Shown here: positions 29,164 to 32,000 of the stretch, one piece after another | Position numbering within the stretch: the stretch's first letter is position 1 | How the letters are laid out: each line of letters starts with the position of its first letter | Source: an uncultured archaeon | GTDB lineage: Archaea; Asgardarchaeota; Thorarchaeia; Thorarchaeales; Thorarchaeaceae | Length of the DNA: 32,000 nucleotides | Assembly: GCA_964354495.1 (NCBI GenBank) | Contig: CAYHAA010000017.1 | Coordinates: 36,939-68,938, forward strand | Reading direction: 5' to 3' | Translations under genes and position numbers: made by a program | The notes under the pieces: generated by a model | Told to the model about the DNA's origin: nothing | What the model saw: the letters and a program-made list of their open reading frames with translations, nothing else | Database searches by the model: none

Positions 29164-30306
29164 ATGAAGAGCAAGCTCATTAGCGTGGCTTGCATTCTAG
29201 TCTTAGTCCTCATTCTAGAGTCTGGAGCAATCTGTTTTGTGTCTGGAGCGAGTACGAGTGGGATTGTACTGACAAAAGCTGGACAGGTTGAAACTGGTGA
29301 TGCCTATGACGTATGGGTCGACACCGACAACGACATTGCCTATGTAACATGTGGTTATTCTGGCGTAAAGGTCTTTGATATGAATGATCCGAGTAATCCG
29401 ATTGAGATAGCAAACGTATCTTCTTCCTCAAATGGATATGCACATCAACTTGTCATGCATGATAATCTAGTATTCATAGGGGATGGTCATGGCGGACTCA
29501 GAATAATCGATTTCGAGAACATATCTAGCCCTGCTGTTCTGAGTCAGTTCACTGGTGATTATGCGTGGGACGTAGAAGTGATAGGAGATGTAGCCTTCGT
29601 TGCCAATGGATTCCCAGGCAGTGGCGGGAAACTGACGATTGTCAATGTGACGGATCCTACCACACCTACACTGCTGAGCAGTCTCATCACGATCGGAGAT
29701 GCAACCGATATTGAGGTTGTGGATAATCTGGCATTTGTGACAACAAGTTACAAAGGGTTCACTGTTTTTGACGTTGGTAACTACACTAATCCAATACTAC
29801 TAGCACAGTACATAGGACAGTCGACTAGCGATACTGACATGGGTGATCTTGAGATCGTTGGAGATTTGGCTTTTCTAAGTTATTGGGATAAGAGCCTCAA
29901 GGTACTGAACATAAGTGATTTATCAAACATCAGAGTTGTATCTGAATTTAATGAGAGTCTGGATGCCTTTTCTGTTCACATTGACACTGAGCGCAATCTT
30001 GCATTTCTCTGCGATCTTGAATTAGGACTACTGCTGCTAGATATTCAAAATCCAATTCAACTTACTGAAGTTACCCGCTACTTCGATGGCGGCAAGCCTA
30101 ACCGTGTTGAAGTGGTTGGTAATCTAGTCTATATGACAGACCAAGATAACGGGTTCGTCATTCTGGAAATCAGAGAGAGTGGTGGACTTAGCATAGACTT
30201 AGAACCGTTCTTACTCGTTGGTGGATTAGCAGCCATTGTTATCCTATACTGGTGGTTGAAAAAGGTAAGAACGCCCGGTGATAGCGTGGAGGGTGTTAAT
30301 GCCTAA
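29164..30306 (+). CDS. LVIVD-repeat surface protein with signal peptide and C-terminal TM anchor
   Basis: Repeated ~42-aa units (DVEVIGDVAFVANG...LTIVNVTDPTTP; DIEVVDNLAFV; VEVVGNLVYMTDQDNGFVILEI). Confidence 0.9.
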   Translation: MKSKLISVACILVLVLILESGAICFVSGASTSGIVLTKAGQVETGDAYDVWVDTDNDIAYVTCGYSGVKVFDMNDPSNPIEIANVSSSSNGYAHQLVMHDNLVFIGDGHGGLRIIDFENISSPAVLSQFTGDYAWDVEVIGDVAFVANGFPGSGGKLTIVNVTDPTTPTLLSSLITIGDATDIEVVDNLAFVTTSYKGFTVFDVGNYTNPILLAQYIGQSTSDTDMGDLEIVGDLAFLSYWDKSLKVLNISDLSNIRVVSEFNESLDAFSVHIDTERNLAFLCDLELGLLLLDIQNPIQLTEVTRYFDGGKPNRVEVVGNLVYMTDQDNGFVILEIRESGGLSIDLEPFLLVGGLAAIVILYWWLKKVRTPGDSVEGVNA

Positions 30307-30398
30307 CAGGAGATTCTGAAATTCCACCCAAGTGATGAATTAGATGGAATCCCCAGATAGTAAATGAAGAATCAACTGGGATGATTAGACGGGTGAAG

Positions 30399-30484
30399 AA
30401 TGAGAGGGTGGCTCAACAGCGAACAGCACGAGCAAGTTCCCCACTTTGGCGTCGGGGCAACCTTACGATTGTACCGCGTTCTCC
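30399..30484 (+). repeat. Intergenic repeat copy C (full hairpin form)
   Basis: GCTCAAC...GTTCTCC (30411-30484) folds as an imperfect long stem; near-collinear with copy D. Confidence 0.9.
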
Positions 30485-30518
30485 GCCGCCGCTACGTCGA
30501 AACTCTATCTGAGGTGAG

Positions 30519-30800
30519 CTACTCCAACCATTTGTATCCTTTACTTCTATGGATTATTTCAGTTACTCTGACGCCATGTTCTATGACGAAGTAAATGGCG
30601 CGATAGTCACCTATGCGTAATCGGTAGAGAGGTGGTTCGCCATGAGTTAGGAGTTTCTTGATGTCCGCGCCAGAACGTCTTCGAAAAATGGCGTCTTCCA
30701 ACTGCTCTAGATTCGATCTGACCCGATTCTTCTGTTTGGGGTCCAGTAAGTCTGACTGTGCAACTGCTGTCCTGGACAGCAAGACCCTATACTTGGTCAA
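30519..30800 (-). CDS. RelE/ParE-family type II toxin
   Basis: YRVLLS..A...DIKKL...LYRLRIGDYRAIY...V.EIIHRSKGY; probable TTG start at 30800 overlapping the antitoxin end. Confidence 0.9.
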   Translation of the reverse strand: MTKYRVLLSRTAVAQSDLLDPKQKNRVRSNLEQLEDAIFRRRSGADIKKLLTHGEPPLYRLRIGDYRAIYFVIEHGVRVTEIIHRSKGYKWLE

Positions 30801-30975
30801 GTGGAACGAACTCCTCTTCCTCGAGAATTCGTCTCTGCCTTCTGGCAAACTCCACTTGTTCGGCTATCTGAAGAAGACGACGAATTAGTTCGTCGTAGGT
30901 CTCTCCCTTCTGACCATATTTCTTCAGGAGATCACGTGTCTCTTTAGTCAGTGGAATCGTAGTGGTCTCGCCCAT
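30787..30975 (-). CDS. Ribbon-helix-helix-type antitoxin
   Basis: TTTIPLTKETRDLLKKYGQKGETYDELIRRLL with acidic tail EEEEFVPLDQV; immediately upstream of the toxin. Confidence 0.88.
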   Translation of the reverse strand: MGETTTIPLTKETRDLLKKYGQKGETYDELIRRLLQIAEQVEFARRQRRILEEEEFVPLDQV

Positions 30976-31028
30976 ATCTATCATAACTTATAATGTTGAT
31001 AACTACTTATAATTTCATTGAAGGGAAG

Positions 31029-31796
31029 TCAATAGTATACCTGCAAACGCATTACAGTATCACGTCCTCGAACAACAACTGGTTGGAATCCACGATTAGT
31101 GTACATACTACGAGGTCCTCGAAAGTGCGCGCCATCTTTACTCTCGTGCTTATTGCGAGGGTAGCCCTCAATCCACAATGCACCACGGGAGGCAGCGTCC
31201 GCAATAACACGATCGAGTAAGGCTGACGCAATTCCATGTCTTCTATAGGGCGGAGCAACCACGAAACACGAGATACCAATTATTGATGCTGACTCAGGAC
31301 CATTCGGATCAGCTTGTTGAAGAAGCTTATACTCACTGCGCAAAGATGCGTTTACCCATCCCACTGGTTTGTTATCAACATAGGCTAAGTACCCATATGT
31401 TTCTCCCTTTAAGAGGCGTTTGACCATGATTGATCGTGATTCACGCCATGGACGATCTAGGTTCTCATCTGTCGTAGGTAAATGTGGTTGGAGGCAGTAG
31501 CAGGATGCCCACCCAGGATTATCGGCGAAACCATCATGATCGAAAAAATGTAACCAATCATCTATGGAGTCCTTTGTGACTGGATGTATCGTGATTTCGC
31601 CGATTTCCTCTTTTCTTGCTGTATCACCTGTGAGTCGCTCTACTGCTTCTGCGTAATTGCAGGCGTAATTTCGTATCGCCCTTTTGGGATACTCCCAAGA
31701 ATGGATCCTTATACCATGTGTCACAAAAACATCTGCTAGCATTTCAAGGCTGTCCGCTTCAATCACTTCATCACAATCGAAACATTTGACTTTCAT
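31029..31796 (-). CDS. GNAT family acetyltransferase with N-terminal putative metal-binding domain
   Basis: GYLAYVDNKPVGW, ISCFVVAPPYRRHGIASALL, IEGYP, GPRSMYTNRGF; N-terminal CFDC...H...H. Confidence 0.88.
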   Translation of the reverse strand: MKVKCFDCDEVIEADSLEMLADVFVTHGIRIHSWEYPKRAIRNYACNYAEAVERLTGDTARKEEIGEITIHPVTKDSIDDWLHFFDHDGFADNPGWASCYCLQPHLPTTDENLDRPWRESRSIMVKRLLKGETYGYLAYVDNKPVGWVNASLRSEYKLLQQADPNGPESASIIGISCFVVAPPYRRHGIASALLDRVIADAASRGALWIEGYPRNKHESKDGAHFRGPRSMYTNRGFQPVVVRGRDTVMRLQVYY

Positions 31797-31893
31797 TGAC
31801 TATTCTCACTTGGTCAAGTTACATTTTTAATCCTGAAAGCAAACGAGAGAGAAGATAAACCTGACTTACACTCATCCGAAATTGACAATAAAC

Positions 31894-31979
31894 AATGGAA
31901 AGGGTGGCTCAACAGCCGCAGCACGAGCAAGTTCCTTGACTTGGCGTCGAGGCAACCTGATGATTGCACCGCGTTCCCC
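31894..31979 (+). repeat. Intergenic repeat copy D (full hairpin form)
   Basis: GCTCAAC...GTTCCCC (31907-31979). Confidence 0.9.
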
Positions 31980-32000
31980 GTCGAAGGCCCTTACCTCTCT

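Noticed and set aside
30400-30594. Track ORF MRGWLNSEQHEQVP... (and 23198..23467)
   Set aside because: These are translations of the repeat running antisense into neighbouring genes; the frame is not conserved between copies.
25-31279. Numerous short antisense or overlapping ORFs in the track (e.g. 3903..4343, 11724..12092, 19592..19975)
   Set aside because: Shadow ORFs of well-supported genes, with no motifs or start signals.
27011-31939. ATG-to-TGA distance of exactly 45 nt in repeat copies A, B and D (14-aa mini-ORFs)
   Set aside because: The peptides differ because internal frames are shifted (MRGWLNSEQQRRVP, MKGAARQQTAGASP, MERVAQQPQHEQVP); copy C reads through and copy E stops after 3 codons. 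Treated as a by-product of the non-coding repeat.
23189-31979. Repeats as a CRISPR array
   Set aside because: Copies are 1.5-3.8 kb apart, divergent in sequence and separated by whole genes; no cas genes.

Overview
Archaeal chromosomal window, most plausibly an Asgard archaeon such as Thorarchaeia. This is inferred from the archaeal/eukaryote-type SerRS, GGAGGTGA/GGTGA ribosome-binding motifs, TATA-like promoters and several secreted proteins with C-terminal membrane anchors. The first ~21 kb is mostly housekeeping and redox: 3' part of serS, a minimal sufC-sufB pair, a ferritin/rubrerythrin-like protein, an ECF S-component, superoxide reductase, a GNAT, a single-chain bacterial-type transketolase, a PNPOx-like/MarR pair with a perfect 18-bp operator palindrome, two MFS transporters, a cupin and 2-oxoacid:ferredoxin oxidoreductase alpha/beta. 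The last ~10 kb looks accessory: an MBL hydrolase, surface proteins, a RelE-type toxin-antitoxin pair and a GNAT. The strongest signals missing from the ORF track are: (1) a family of five co-oriented intergenic repeats (about 23189, 27010, 28817, 30399, 31894) that divide the accessory region into 1-3 gene modules, two of which form ~70-nt AAC...GTT hairpins with compensatory base changes (attC-like in outline but non-canonical, and no integrase in the window); (2) two tandem paralogous 35- and 28-aa peptides ending STxAITYAYxYR, with their own TATA box and SD; (3) an SD-led ultra-acidic 26-aa peptide followed by an SD-led Lys-rich 33-aa peptide; (4) further sub-60-aa genes; (5) a five-Cys insert in SufC. 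All family calls come from motif recognition only; no searches were run.
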